Notes: generated by a model not told the origin, from the letters alone. Positions 37,919 through 46,869 are shown, counted from the stretch's first letter. The stretch is DNA of 64,000 bases from Candidatus Gastranaerophilaceae bacterium (GCA_041678605.1 JBAYNW010000001.1:13947-77946), one strand, 5' to 3'. Numbers and translations are program-made.

Positions 37919-38833
37919 ATGAAAAACGAAAAAATTAAGATGAGAAAGACTTCAAGGCTGACAAATCCGGCAAGAAACAGTGTTTTGCAGAGCAGCAGTG
38001 ATGATTTGCTGACATGTTATTTGAGAGAAATTTCGGGCTATCCGGCATTAAGTGCTGCCGAAGAAAAAGAAATTGCAAAGCGTGCAAAAGAAGGCGATAA
38101 ACAGGCCAAAAAACAGCTTGTCAGGGCAAATTTGAAACTGGTAATAACAATTGCCAGAAAGGCTATCCACATATCCAGAATTCCCATGATTGACCTAATT
38201 CAGGAGGGAAATTTGGGATTGATGATTGCGGTTGAAAAATTTAATTACAAACTCGGATACAAGTTTTCGACTTACGCAAGCTGGTGGATAAAACAATCAA
38301 TGTTTAAGGCTATTTCAGAGCAATCGCATTGCATGAAAATTCCTGTTTACATTCAGGAAACCCTGTCCAAATTCTCTAAAATTAAAGCTGAGATGGAGCG
38401 TCAGTACAACTGTCAGGTAAAGACATGCGATGTCGCAAAAAAAATGAACATACCTGCGGATAAAATTGATTCCTATCTTTCCGCATACTCCAAAACAATC
38501 TCAATAGAGGGCGGTTTTGATACAGACAGCGGGAAGGAAATAAGCGTAGCCGACATTTTGGAAGATGAAAAATCCTGTGTTCAGTCAAATGTGGAGTTTG
38601 AACACTTGCACAAAGATATTGAAATCGTAGTTTCGACGTTAAAAGAAAGGGAGCAGGATGTCGTCAGAATGCGTTACGGGCTGGGCGAATTTGCGAGGCA
38701 AACTCTTGAAGAAATCGGAAATATTTACGGCGTGACAAAAGAATGTATCCGCCAAACAGAATTGAGAGCCTTAAAAAAAATGCGTTCTTCGGCATTCGGG
38801 CAGGATGTCTTGTCTTGCTATATCAATGAGTAA
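37919..38833 (+). CDS. RNA polymerase sigma-70 family factor (RpoD-like, short)
   Basis: Region 2 LIQEGNLGLMIAVEKFNYKLGYKFSTYASWWIKQS; region 4 LEEIGNIYGVTKECIRQTELRALKKM. AGGAG RBS before the ATG at 37919. Confidence 0.85.
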   Translation: MKNEKIKMRKTSRLTNPARNSVLQSSSDDLLTCYLREISGYPALSAAEEKEIAKRAKEGDKQAKKQLVRANLKLVITIARKAIHISRIPMIDLIQEGNLGLMIAVEKFNYKLGYKFSTYASWWIKQSMFKAISEQSHCMKIPVYIQETLSKFSKIKAEMERQYNCQVKTCDVAKKMNIPADKIDSYLSAYSKTISIEGGFDTDSGKEISVADILEDEKSCVQSNVEFEHLHKDIEIVVSTLKEREQDVVRMRYGLGEFARQTLEEIGNIYGVTKECIRQTELRALKKMRSSAFGQDVLSCYINE

Positions 38834-38840
38834 ACAGGTA

Positions 38841-39232
38841 TCGAAAGGCTTAAGGGCTTAAGGGCTTTTTACGAAGTGATTAAGTGACTGGGTGATTAAG
38901 TGATTAAGTGCAATAATGCTTCGCAAATTTTTAAAAAACAGGGAACGGGGGGCAGGGAAGGGAATTTCTTGTCGTTGCGAGGAGAAACAAAGTTTCGACG
39001 AAGCAATCCAAAAAATTGCCTCATTATTCCTGAAAGGCTTTTTACGAAGTGATTAAGTGACTGGGTGATTAAGTGATTAAGTGCAACAAAAAAATTAAAA
39101 CTTTTCTTCTCACGTCTCACCTCTCACGTCTCACGTTTTCCCAATTCCCAATTCCCAATTCCCAATTTCCTTTTCCCGTTTCCCGTTTCTCTTCTCACGT
39201 CTCACGGTTTCCCCCATTTTCCATTTCCATTT
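38841..39232. repeat. composite repeat block (reverse orientation) containing two direct copies of the ~50-nt CACTTAATCAC module
   Basis: GGCTTTTTACGAAGTGATTAAGTGACTGGGTGATTAAGTGATTAAGTGCAA occurs near 38862 and 39036, followed by CTCACGT, CCCAATT and CCCGTTT heptamer runs. Confidence 0.9.
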
Positions 39233-39315
39233 GTAAATATTCTTTATATAATTAGTAGCTTTTTATTTTTTTTGTAGCATAATGTAGGAGTTACACAAAA
39301 TATGGAAAGAAAACA

Positions 39316-39618
39316 ATGTACGAACAAAACTACGAAAACCAACAACTACAGTGTGTTGAATGTGGAAAAATCTTTGAATTTCTAGCAGAAGATCAAGAAT
39401 TTTACGCAAAGAAAGGCTATTCAGCTCCGAAAAGATGTCCTGAATGCCGCGAAAACAGAAAAGCAAGAAGTAACAACTCAAGAGGGGGCGGGTACAGAGA
39501 AAAAAGAGAATATCCTGTAACCTGTGCAGCTTGCGGTTGTGAAACTACAGTGCCTTTCAAACCAAGCAACGACAGACCAGTGTTCTGTTCTGACTGCTAC
39601 AAAAAAGGACAACAATAA
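39316..39618 (+). CDS. zinc-ribbon protein (two CxxC...CxxC units)
   Basis: CVECGKIFEF....RCPECRENRKA and CAACGCETTVPF.....FCSDCYKK. Confidence 0.7.
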   Translation: MYEQNYENQQLQCVECGKIFEFLAEDQEFYAKKGYSAPKRCPECRENRKARSNNSRGGGYREKREYPVTCAACGCETTVPFKPSNDRPVFCSDCYKKGQQ

Positions 39619-39701
39619 CTGAAAATCTAAAATTTTAAAACACAGAAATTAATCTGTTAATATAATTTAGAAAAAATCGGTTTATATTTGAAACTTTTAA
39701 A

Positions 39702-39726
39702 AACCTCACGTAAGTGGGGTTTTTTG
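39702..39726. terminator. bidirectional rho-independent terminator between convergent genes
   Basis: AAAACCTCAC-GTAA-GTGGGGTTTTTT: a 6-bp GC-rich stem flanked by an A-run and a T-run. Confidence 0.6.
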
Positions 39727-39791
39727 TAATGTAGAAATAAAAATAGCGGGTTTTAAAAATTAAACCCACTATTTAAATTTATTTTATATTT

Positions 39792-40412
39792 TCAGTATTC
39801 AATTTGTTCAAATACTTTTGGCAACTGGGATAAATCATCTATAACAAATTTATGGACCGGTTGCCCTTCAAGGATTGGATTAAGTTGTTCACTAAGAAGT
39901 TGGTTTAATCTTGCAGCAGCCCAAGTTCCTTCCACTTTAGATTTTTCACCGCTTGAAACTTTTTGTAATCCTTCGTTAATAACTTTTTTCGTTAATGCAA
40001 ATATATTTTTTGCGAACAATAAATGACTTGCTCCATCTTTTTGTTCTTTTGTAAGAACTGTGAATGAGTGGTGGCTTTGACTTAATGGTTCTGCAATAGG
40101 AATACCAGTATTTCGACTCAACCAAGAAGTAGAATAACCTCCAATTTTTTTTAATTCTTCTGCAATATTGGCATATCCAGGTTGCTCAAGATATACAACA
40201 GTCTTATTAAATTTTTTACCTAAGCCGCATAAACTTAATACTGTTCCTAATTTACTATTAACTTCATTGGTTACTTTAATGGTTGCATTATTAAATTGTT
40301 TACTTACAGCAACTAAATCTTCAGGATTTTTAAAAGCTTTTCTTGACACTTGAACTAAATTCACACTTCCAAAACTTGCTTGATTGTTATTTTGCACTGG
40401 GGTAACATTCAT
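39792..40412 (-). CDS. hypothetical protein (orphan family with shared upstream motif)
   Basis: 206-aa ORF with RBS AAAGGAG. N-terminus MNVTPVQNNNQASFGSVNLVQV. Confidence 0.55.
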   Translation of the reverse strand: MNVTPVQNNNQASFGSVNLVQVSRKAFKNPEDLVAVSKQFNNATIKVTNEVNSKLGTVLSLCGLGKKFNKTVVYLEQPGYANIAEELKKIGGYSTSWLSRNTGIPIAEPLSQSHHSFTVLTKEQKDGASHLLFAKNIFALTKKVINEGLQKVSSGEKSKVEGTWAAARLNQLLSEQLNPILEGQPVHKFVIDDLSQLPKVFEQIEY

Positions 40413-40682
40413 TTTAATTTCTCCTTTACGTTATATGTTACTTACTAAAATTACATTGATGTTTATATAAAGTCCGTAAAGGAAAAATTTTACCCTTTTG
40501 GAAAAATTATTTACAAAAATTAATACTCAACATTTTTACGCTTAAAATTTTACTCCGATTTTCAGAGAGTTAGGCAACTTAGATATACAAATACCACAAG
40601 TAACAACTCAGGTAAAAATGCAAACAAGTCTTGCATCATTGTGAGGAGGTAAATGTTCTGACCTATGCTAAAGAGCGTTCGA

Positions 40683-40818
40683 GTCATTGCGAGGGGTGGG
40701 TTTCCGGCTATGCATAGATTGTCCACCGAAGCAATCTATCTTATGTTTGTACATTGGCAAGATTGCTTCGAAATGCAAACCTCTTTGTGTGTCTACAAGT
40801 TTCATGCCTCGCAATGAC
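40683..40818. repeat. palindromic miniature element GTCATTGCGAGG ... GCCTCGCAATGAC
   Basis: Terminal 12-13-bp inverted repeats. Internal CCACCGAAGCAATC / GATTGCTTCG pair. Related copies at 5915-6049, 56017-56110 and 57003-57096; half copies at 1360-1398, 38975-39025 and 46637-46685. Confidence 0.8.
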
Positions 40819-40889
40819 GCGGCAGTGTAAGTTTTAAGTGTGTTTATTTCTTGCCGACTTGAGTTATTACCTGTTACAACCCTTGTTAA

Positions 40890-42098
40890 TTATACTTTAA
40901 CTGCCGGTGACGTATTTATAAATTTGTCGAGGTGGCTGTATTTTGAATAGGACCCTTCAGGGTCGCGTCTTATCGCTTCAATTTCGTTACGGATGCTCAC
41001 AAAAAGTTCCGCCAAATTAGGGTCAAACTGTGTTCCCGAGCAGGTTCTTATCTCTTTAATAGCTTCCTCGTGCGAAAGAGCCTTTCTATAAGAGCGGTCG
41101 GAAGTCATGGCATCATAAGTGTCAGCGATTGCAATAATTCTGGACGAAATCGGAATTTGCTCTCCTGAAAGCCCTTCAGGATAACCTCTTCCATCGTACC
41201 GTTCGTGGTGGGATTTTAGCCAATTTGAAATTAGTTTAAGTTTTTCGATTCCGCTAACCAATTTTCCCCCAAGTGCAGGGTGGGTCTTTATAACCTCATA
41301 TTCTTCAATTGTCAGCTTTCCCGGTTTTAGAAGAATTTTCTCGGGAATAGCTATTTTGCCAATGTCGTGCAAAAGTCCCGTTGTTTCTATTTCTTCCAAT
41401 AAATCGTCCGAAAGGTTCAAGTGTTTTGCCAGAGCCAGAGAGTACAAAGTTACTCTCATTGAGTGGCCGAGGGTATACTTATCTTTTGCATCCAGTGCGT
41501 AGGCAATAGATTTTATTGTCTTGTAAAATAATTCCGACAAATCCCGCAAAATCTGCGTTCTGGAAGTGCTGATTTCGTATTTCTTAATCCCGCTTTCCAC
41601 AATCATGCATAATTGTTCAGGTTCAAACGGTTTCAAAATGTATTGAAAAAGGTGGCATTCATTTATTGCTTCTACCAGTATATCTATGTTTGAGTAGCCG
41701 GTTAGTAATATCTTTACGATATCAGGGTATTTTTCATATATCCTTTTAAAAAGTTCTGTTCCTTCCATAATGGGCATTTTTTGGTCAGAAACTATCAGCG
41801 AAATCTCTTTCCCGTGTTCCTCAAGTATATCGAGAGCTTCCCGGCCGCTTGAGGCCAAAAGGACATTATACTTATTCTTGAATATCCTCTGAAGCAGGTC
41901 CAGATTGCTTTTTTCATCATCAACAGCAAGAATTGTATGCTTTTTGTCTTCGCCTTTTGACAAAAGAATGTGTTCTAAATCTGAACTAATGGTTTTGTTA
42001 AAGTAATTTTTACTCAATAACCTGTCCTTTTTCACTACCACTAAAGGAATAACGACATAAAAACGATTTTCTTTAAGATTGTAGCACAATTGTAACAA
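40890..42098 (-). CDS. response regulator with HD-GYP (c-di-GMP phosphodiesterase-type) output domain
   Basis: Receiver ILAVDDEKSNLDLL...SDQKMPIMEG. HD-GYP motifs GLLHDIGK and HHERYDGRGYPEGL. Start codon uncertain. Confidence 0.8.
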   Translation of the reverse strand: MLQLCYNLKENRFYVVIPLVVVKKDRLLSKNYFNKTISSDLEHILLSKGEDKKHTILAVDDEKSNLDLLQRIFKNKYNVLLASSGREALDILEEHGKEISLIVSDQKMPIMEGTELFKRIYEKYPDIVKILLTGYSNIDILVEAINECHLFQYILKPFEPEQLCMIVESGIKKYEISTSRTQILRDLSELFYKTIKSIAYALDAKDKYTLGHSMRVTLYSLALAKHLNLSDDLLEEIETTGLLHDIGKIAIPEKILLKPGKLTIEEYEVIKTHPALGGKLVSGIEKLKLISNWLKSHHERYDGRGYPEGLSGEQIPISSRIIAIADTYDAMTSDRSYRKALSHEEAIKEIRTCSGTQFDPNLAELFVSIRNEIEAIRRDPEGSYSKYSHLDKFINTSPAVKV

Positions 42099-42157
42099 AA
42101 ATTCAAATAGAATTAATTAGTTCAGCATGACGTATTTACTTTTTGTGTCAACAGACC

Positions 42158-43396
42158 CTAGTTCTTTTCTTCCTCAATCATTTTAGCCAAAACCATTTTC
42201 GCTTTGCGAAGTTGGACATCATTTCTGTTAAATATATCTTTTTCAGTCAATTTCACTTCAATGTCGGGAGCTATACCCTTTTTATTAATATCATGCCCCG
42301 CAGGAGTCAAATATTTTGCGATTGTTAAATTCAATCCTGTTTCATTGGGCATTGGGATAATTTTTTGAACCATTCCTTTTCCAAACGTTTTTGTCCCGAT
42401 TAATGTCGCCTTGTGATAATCTTTCAAAGCCCCCGATAATATTTCACTCGCACTTGCAGATGCCCCGTCAACCAGTACCAGCATAGGTTTATCTACAACA
42501 TATTCGGTTTCTTGTGCGTAAATGTCTTTCTTGTAACCGTTTCTGCCGACTATACTGACCAGAGTTCCTTTGTTGATGAACATGTTCGCTATGAAAACAG
42601 CATTGGGTAACAATCCGCCGGTATTTCCTCTTAAATCTATTATAAGCCCCTTTGTGTTGTTTGTTTTTTCAAGTGCGTCTATAAATTCACTTGAAGTCGT
42701 ATTCCCGATAAAGCTTAAAACCTGTATATATCCTATGTTTTTGTCAATAGAGCTTTTTACGGTTTTAATTTTTATTTCCTTTCGTATTATTTTTTTTGTT
42801 ATTAATCCCTTTTTTCTTAAAACGGTAATTTTTACAACAGTATTTTCCGGCCCTCTCACCAAATCCGCAACTTCGGAAGCTTTCATTCCCGAAATTTCTT
42901 TTCCGTTGACTTTCAGAATTATATCCCCGCTTTTAAGCCCCGCAAAAAATGCCGGAGTGGACTCAATTACACTCACAACATAAGTTTTTCCGCCCAAAGA
43001 AGATATATTAACCCCGATGCCCGTGATTTTTGAATCTATCGAAGTGTTTTGCTCCGCATAATTTTTTTTATCCAAATATCTGGAGTACGGGTCGTCCAAG
43101 CTTTCCAGCATAGTACCTATCGCAACGTTAGCATCGTCATCATTCTTTATTTTGCCGCGATAATGGCTCTCCCACCTGCTCCAGTCTTGCCCGTTCAAAG
43201 AGGAATCATAAAAATTCTTTTTAACGATTTTCCAGGTTCTGTTGAATAAAGTTTGAGAATTTACATGCTCTTTATTGACTAATTCCTGAGTGTTCGTAAT
43301 AGTTGAATTTGTGACAAAATCCCCCATCAGAATTTTATTGAAAATAAAAAGTGCCAGTACTAATAAAATAAATATAATAAATTGTTTTTTCTTCAT
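42158..43396 (-). CDS. ctpA: carboxyl-terminal processing peptidase (S41 family)
   Basis: PDZ segment GIGVNISSLGG.....GLKSGDIILKVNG. Motifs DLRGNTGGLL and LVDGASASASEILSGALKD...ATLIGTKTFGKG. Confidence 0.85.
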   Translation of the reverse strand: MKKKQFIIFILLVLALFIFNKILMGDFVTNSTITNTQELVNKEHVNSQTLFNRTWKIVKKNFYDSSLNGQDWSRWESHYRGKIKNDDDANVAIGTMLESLDDPYSRYLDKKNYAEQNTSIDSKITGIGVNISSLGGKTYVVSVIESTPAFFAGLKSGDIILKVNGKEISGMKASEVADLVRGPENTVVKITVLRKKGLITKKIIRKEIKIKTVKSSIDKNIGYIQVLSFIGNTTSSEFIDALEKTNNTKGLIIDLRGNTGGLLPNAVFIANMFINKGTLVSIVGRNGYKKDIYAQETEYVVDKPMLVLVDGASASASEILSGALKDYHKATLIGTKTFGKGMVQKIIPMPNETGLNLTIAKYLTPAGHDINKKGIAPDIEVKLTEKDIFNRNDVQLRKAKMVLAKMIEEEKN

Positions 43397-43464
43397 TTTT
43401 AACTCTTCTCTCAATAACATTTAATACCAACATTTGTTTTTTTTCAATAGCCTTATAGAGAATA

Positions 43465-43708
43465 GTGAAGGAGAAGGGGGGAAAGTGAGACGTGAGAGGT
43501 GAGACGGGAAACGGAAATTGGTAATTGGTAATTGGGAATTGGGAATTGGTAATTGAACCGTTCGACCCTTCAACTTATCGACTCATCGACTTATCGACTT
43601 ATCAACTTATCAACTAGAAAACGGGAAAAGAAAAGTTTTAATTTTTTTGTTGCACTTAGTCACTTAATCACCCAGTCACTTAATCACTTCGTAAAAAGCC
43701 TTTCAGCC
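43465..43708. repeat. composite heptanucleotide repeat array, forward orientation
   Basis: GTGAGAC, GAAACGG, GGTAATT/GGGAATT, TTCGACC and CTTATCGA runs, then GTTGCACTTAGTCACTTAATCACCCAGTCACTTAATCACTTCGTAAAAAGCC. Confidence 0.9.
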
Positions 43709-44872
43709 TCATTTATACACTTCAACGTATTTTGGATTAACGGCCAGCCATTTGAAAGATTGCGGCGATGTGTCGGGGATATCAATAACGAAAGTTCCGC
43801 CGTATCGGCCTCTTACAAATCTCAAATAACCTTCATTTGCAAGATTGTTCAAAGCCTTTCGGATAGTATTCGGGCTTAAGTCGAGTTCTTTTGACAATTC
43901 CATGATGGAAGGCAATTTTGAACCGATTTCATAATTCTGTGCAATCAAGGCCTTAATATGATTTTGGGTTTTTTCGTAGTTGTAAAATGCTGTTTCCTGA
44001 GCCGAGGCAAAAATTGATGTTTCTTTTTTAGGGGAAAGAATATTTTCACCGGGCATCTTTATAACAGTTGTGCCGTACCGGCCCCTGCGTGCGAGTAAAA
44101 TTCCCTTTTTAATTAAAGATTTAAGTGCATCATGAATTGTTTTTATGCTTACTTTTAATTCGGCGGACAACCGCTCGTGAGCAGGTAATTTGTCACCTAC
44201 GTTCAATTTTTTTGTAATATATTTTTCCAAGTCTTTTTCAACTTTTTCAACCAGAGTAACGTTATCTGAAATATCCAATTTTGTCCTCGGCATTGAAAAA
44301 TTATCCGACGCAAGAATCCATCTGGCTTCGTTTGACATCTTAAATTTGTGTTCAAGAATTCTCATGGAGCACAAAGCCTCCAAAGCAAGCCTTGTGGTGT
44401 TTGGAGAAATCCCTATTGAAGTTGCCAAAACCCTTGAAGAAGGGAGTTTTTGGCCTATCTTTATTTTTTTGTCAATAATATATTTTTTGATTAAATCAAC
44501 GCAAATATCTCTTTTGGAAGTCAATTTTCTGAGGGTGGAAGTGGATTTTTTCCAATTTCTTACCATGGTGCCGATACACTGCTTTGATTCTACATGCCCC
44601 TTGTCCTCAACATATCTGAATGCGTTTTGCATTGTTCCGATACTCACACCCAAATGATATGCCAAATCTGCCTTTTGAGGCAGCAGGTCGGTTTCTTTTA
44701 TTTTCCCCGCCTTAAAATCGGCTTCAATCCAATCAATCAGCCAATTTGCGACCACCATGGCCTTTGATTCAAAAATATTTTTTAAATCAGGAAACGGGAC
44801 AGAAACATCTTTAACACTGAGTTTTCTGAGATTATTTTTATCCAATAACAAGAATTCATCTGTTTTTTTCAC
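43709..44872 (-). CDS. protein with four tandem GntR-type winged-helix HTH domains
   Basis: Four repeats of the pattern (G/D)xKLPSxxxL(A/S)xxLxVSxxTxxxALxxLxxxGxL: LPQKADLAYHLGVSIGTMQNAF, LPSSRVLATSIGISPNTTRLAL, LPAHERLSAELKVSIKTIHDAL, LPSIMELSKELDLSPNTIRKAL. Confidence 0.7.
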   Translation of the reverse strand: MKKTDEFLLLDKNNLRKLSVKDVSVPFPDLKNIFESKAMVVANWLIDWIEADFKAGKIKETDLLPQKADLAYHLGVSIGTMQNAFRYVEDKGHVESKQCIGTMVRNWKKSTSTLRKLTSKRDICVDLIKKYIIDKKIKIGQKLPSSRVLATSIGISPNTTRLALEALCSMRILEHKFKMSNEARWILASDNFSMPRTKLDISDNVTLVEKVEKDLEKYITKKLNVGDKLPAHERLSAELKVSIKTIHDALKSLIKKGILLARRGRYGTTVIKMPGENILSPKKETSIFASAQETAFYNYEKTQNHIKALIAQNYEIGSKLPSIMELSKELDLSPNTIRKALNNLANEGYLRFVRGRYGGTFVIDIPDTSPQSFKWLAVNPKYVEVYK

Positions 44873-44991
44873 GATTAGCCTCCACGCTTCAAACTAATTA
44901 TACAGTTAATATAAAAAAACAAGCAACTTTTTTTTGCTAGCAAACGCCAAAACCTTTACAAATCTTAAGGTTGGCAGAACATAGAATAAGT

Positions 44992-45233
44992 TTATGAGTC
45001 GATGAGTCGAAAGGTTAATTTTTCAGTGTCGTTGCGAGGAGAAACAGTGAGACGTGAGAGGTGAGACGTGAGAAGAGAAACGGGAAACGGGAAAGGAAAT
45101 TGGGAATTGGGAATTGGTAATTGAGAACAGAACCCTTCGACCATTCAACTCTTCGACCTTTCAACCCTTCAGCCTTTAAGCCCTTAAGCCCTTCGACTTA
45201 TCAACCCTTCAACTTATCGGCTTAATCACTTCG
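44992..45233. repeat. composite heptanucleotide repeat array, forward orientation
   Basis: Same module order as 12855-13084. Its 3' end supplies the stop codon of ORF 45226-45687. Confidence 0.9.
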
Positions 45234-45687
45234 ATTTACCTATTCCAAAGGCTTCTTGAAGCAAGAAAATTCCGCCGTAGGCTATAAGCCCCGCTCCGCA
45301 AAATTTTGAGAAAATCTGTTTCCCGCCTCTTTTGCCGAAGAAGGTCCCGATTGCTAGTCCGAAAGGAATAACTTCGCTTACGAGCATTGAGGCAAAGCCT
45401 TTGCCGTAGCCGGCAATATTTGTGAAGAAGCCGGTCAAATTTTCATCAAGAGAGTATTTAAACAATTCTTTTTTAACGCCTGCCTCAACAGTACTAGGGC
45501 TGTCAAGCTTCATATCATCCAAATAGCGTTCTGTTAAGCCTGTTGCTTTGTGATTTTTTTCATAGGCACTGGCTTTAATTTTGCCGGCAATGTGAGAATC
45601 GTAGGCAATTAAGCCCAAAGTTGCGGCTCCTAAAGTTTGAGTCAAAACATTTGCTATTTTTATAGTTTTAATATTCGGAATTTTCAT
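45226..45687 (-). CDS. hypothetical membrane protein
   Basis: 153 aa, three to four hydrophobic segments, no recognisable domain. Confidence 0.45.
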   Translation of the reverse strand: MKIPNIKTIKIANVLTQTLGAATLGLIAYDSHIAGKIKASAYEKNHKATGLTERYLDDMKLDSPSTVEAGVKKELFKYSLDENLTGFFTNIAGYGKGFASMLVSEVIPFGLAIGTFFGKRGGKQIFSKFCGAGLIAYGGIFLLQEAFGIGKSK

Positions 45688-45690
45688 AAA

Positions 45691-46359
45691 TTATTCCTTT
45701 TTGGTTTCTTTTTCAGGTTTTTCCTTGACCTCAAATTCCTTTTGCATCGGATTGCCTGACATTTTCAATAAAATATTTGAAGCTTTCAGTGAATCTTCAC
45801 CGTAGCCCGTTTTTTGTTTTTGGATATCTTTAAGAAGTTTTACAGAAGTGTCATTGCCTGTTGCCAATCTGGATTCCAGAGCCGCCATAGCTATAAATTT
45901 AACAGGTTGAGAAGGGTCTTGAAGCATTTTATTGACCAAAGCATTCAATGCAGGGTCATTTTTTCTGCTGTCATCTTCCTGAAGTCTTGCCAAAACCTCT
46001 TTTGCACCCATTAGCCGTACATCTTTGTTCTGGTTATTCAAATAACCTTCCAGTGTTTTTACGTAATCATCCGTGAGCTGAACCACTTCACGCTTTTCTG
46101 TTTTTTTCTTCTCTGGTACTTGTGCCGGTGCGGATTGAACCGGAGCCGGAGTTGTAGGCTGAGCAAGGTTTTGCGTATAGTAACTTGCAGGATAGCTCGG
46201 ATTTGTAGAGTAATTCGCCGCATTAACCGTTGATGCGGGAACACTTGCACCGGGTGCCGCAACTGAAGGATTAAATATCTGAATATTTACTCCCGAATAA
46301 TTCGGTACCTGAACGTTTTGAGCTTGTCCAACCATATCTGCCATAAACTTACCTTTCAC
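45691..46359 (-). CDS. hypothetical protein: Pro/Ala-rich N-terminal half and HEAT-like C-terminal half
   Basis: ORF stop lies 3 nt upstream of the start of ORF 45226-45687. VRLMGAKEVLARL...VKFIAMAALESRL helical repeats. Start at 46359 (GTG) or 46344 (ATG). Confidence 0.5.
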   Translation of the reverse strand: MKGKFMADMVGQAQNVQVPNYSGVNIQIFNPSVAAPGASVPASTVNAANYSTNPSYPASYYTQNLAQPTTPAPVQSAPAQVPEKKKTEKREVVQLTDDYVKTLEGYLNNQNKDVRLMGAKEVLARLQEDDSRKNDPALNALVNKMLQDPSQPVKFIAMAALESRLATGNDTSVKLLKDIQKQKTGYGEDSLKASNILLKMSGNPMQKEFEVKEKPEKETKKE

Positions 46360-46432
46360 TACTTATCTAAATAAAGTCTAAAACCATGAAATAATTGCCT
46401 TTTTTAGGAATTTTTTAAGAAATGTAACAATG

Positions 46433-46842
46433 GTTGGTTGGCTTTTTGCGAAGTGATTAAGGGAGTTGATAAGTCGAAAAGGCTTAAGGGCTTAAAGGGT
46501 GAAGGGTTGAAGGGTTGAAGGGTCGAATAGCTTTTTACGAAGTGATTAAGTGACTGGGTGATTAAGTGATTAAGTTCAATAATGCTTCGCAAATTTTTAA
46601 AAAACAGGGAACGGGGGCAGGGAAGGGAATTTCTTGTCGTTGCGAGGAGAAACAAAGTTTCGACGAAGCAATCCAAAAAATTGCCTCATTATTCCTGAAA
46701 AGCTTTTTACGAAGTGATTAAGTGACTGTGACCGGGTTGAACGGTCGAACGGTTCAATTACCAATTCCCAATTACCAATTCCCAATTTCCTTTCCCGTTT
46801 CCCGTTTCTCTTCTCACGTCTCACTTCCCTCCTGTCCCCTTT
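46433..46842. repeat. composite repeat block, reverse orientation, with a near-identical copy of the 38862-39087 unit
   Basis: 46529-46728 matches 38862-39087 with about 4 differences. Flanked by GGTTGAA, CCAATT and CCCGTTT heptamer runs. Confidence 0.9.
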
Positions 46843-46869
46843 TTCGGCTAACTGTTATATAATAATTAA

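Noticed and set aside
38862-39087. Possible CRISPR-like array: two ~50-nt direct repeats separated by a ~120-nt spacer.
   Set aside because: There are only two repeats, and the repeat length is atypical. The identical spacer recurs at 46529-46728. No cas genes are present. It fits a duplicated composite repeat unit, not a CRISPR.
38896-39120. ORFs running through repeat arrays (38896-39120, 39073-39255, 12755-13006, 12771-12998, 12805-12990, 43553-43879, 46404-46676, 46597-46824, 61190-61375).
   Set aside because: Their translations are just the periodic heptamers or modules (for example LITQSLNHFVKS, FPIPNSQFPI, SHLSRLT). The same sequence is open in several frames and on both strands, with no start context. 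They are treated as repeat DNA, not genes.
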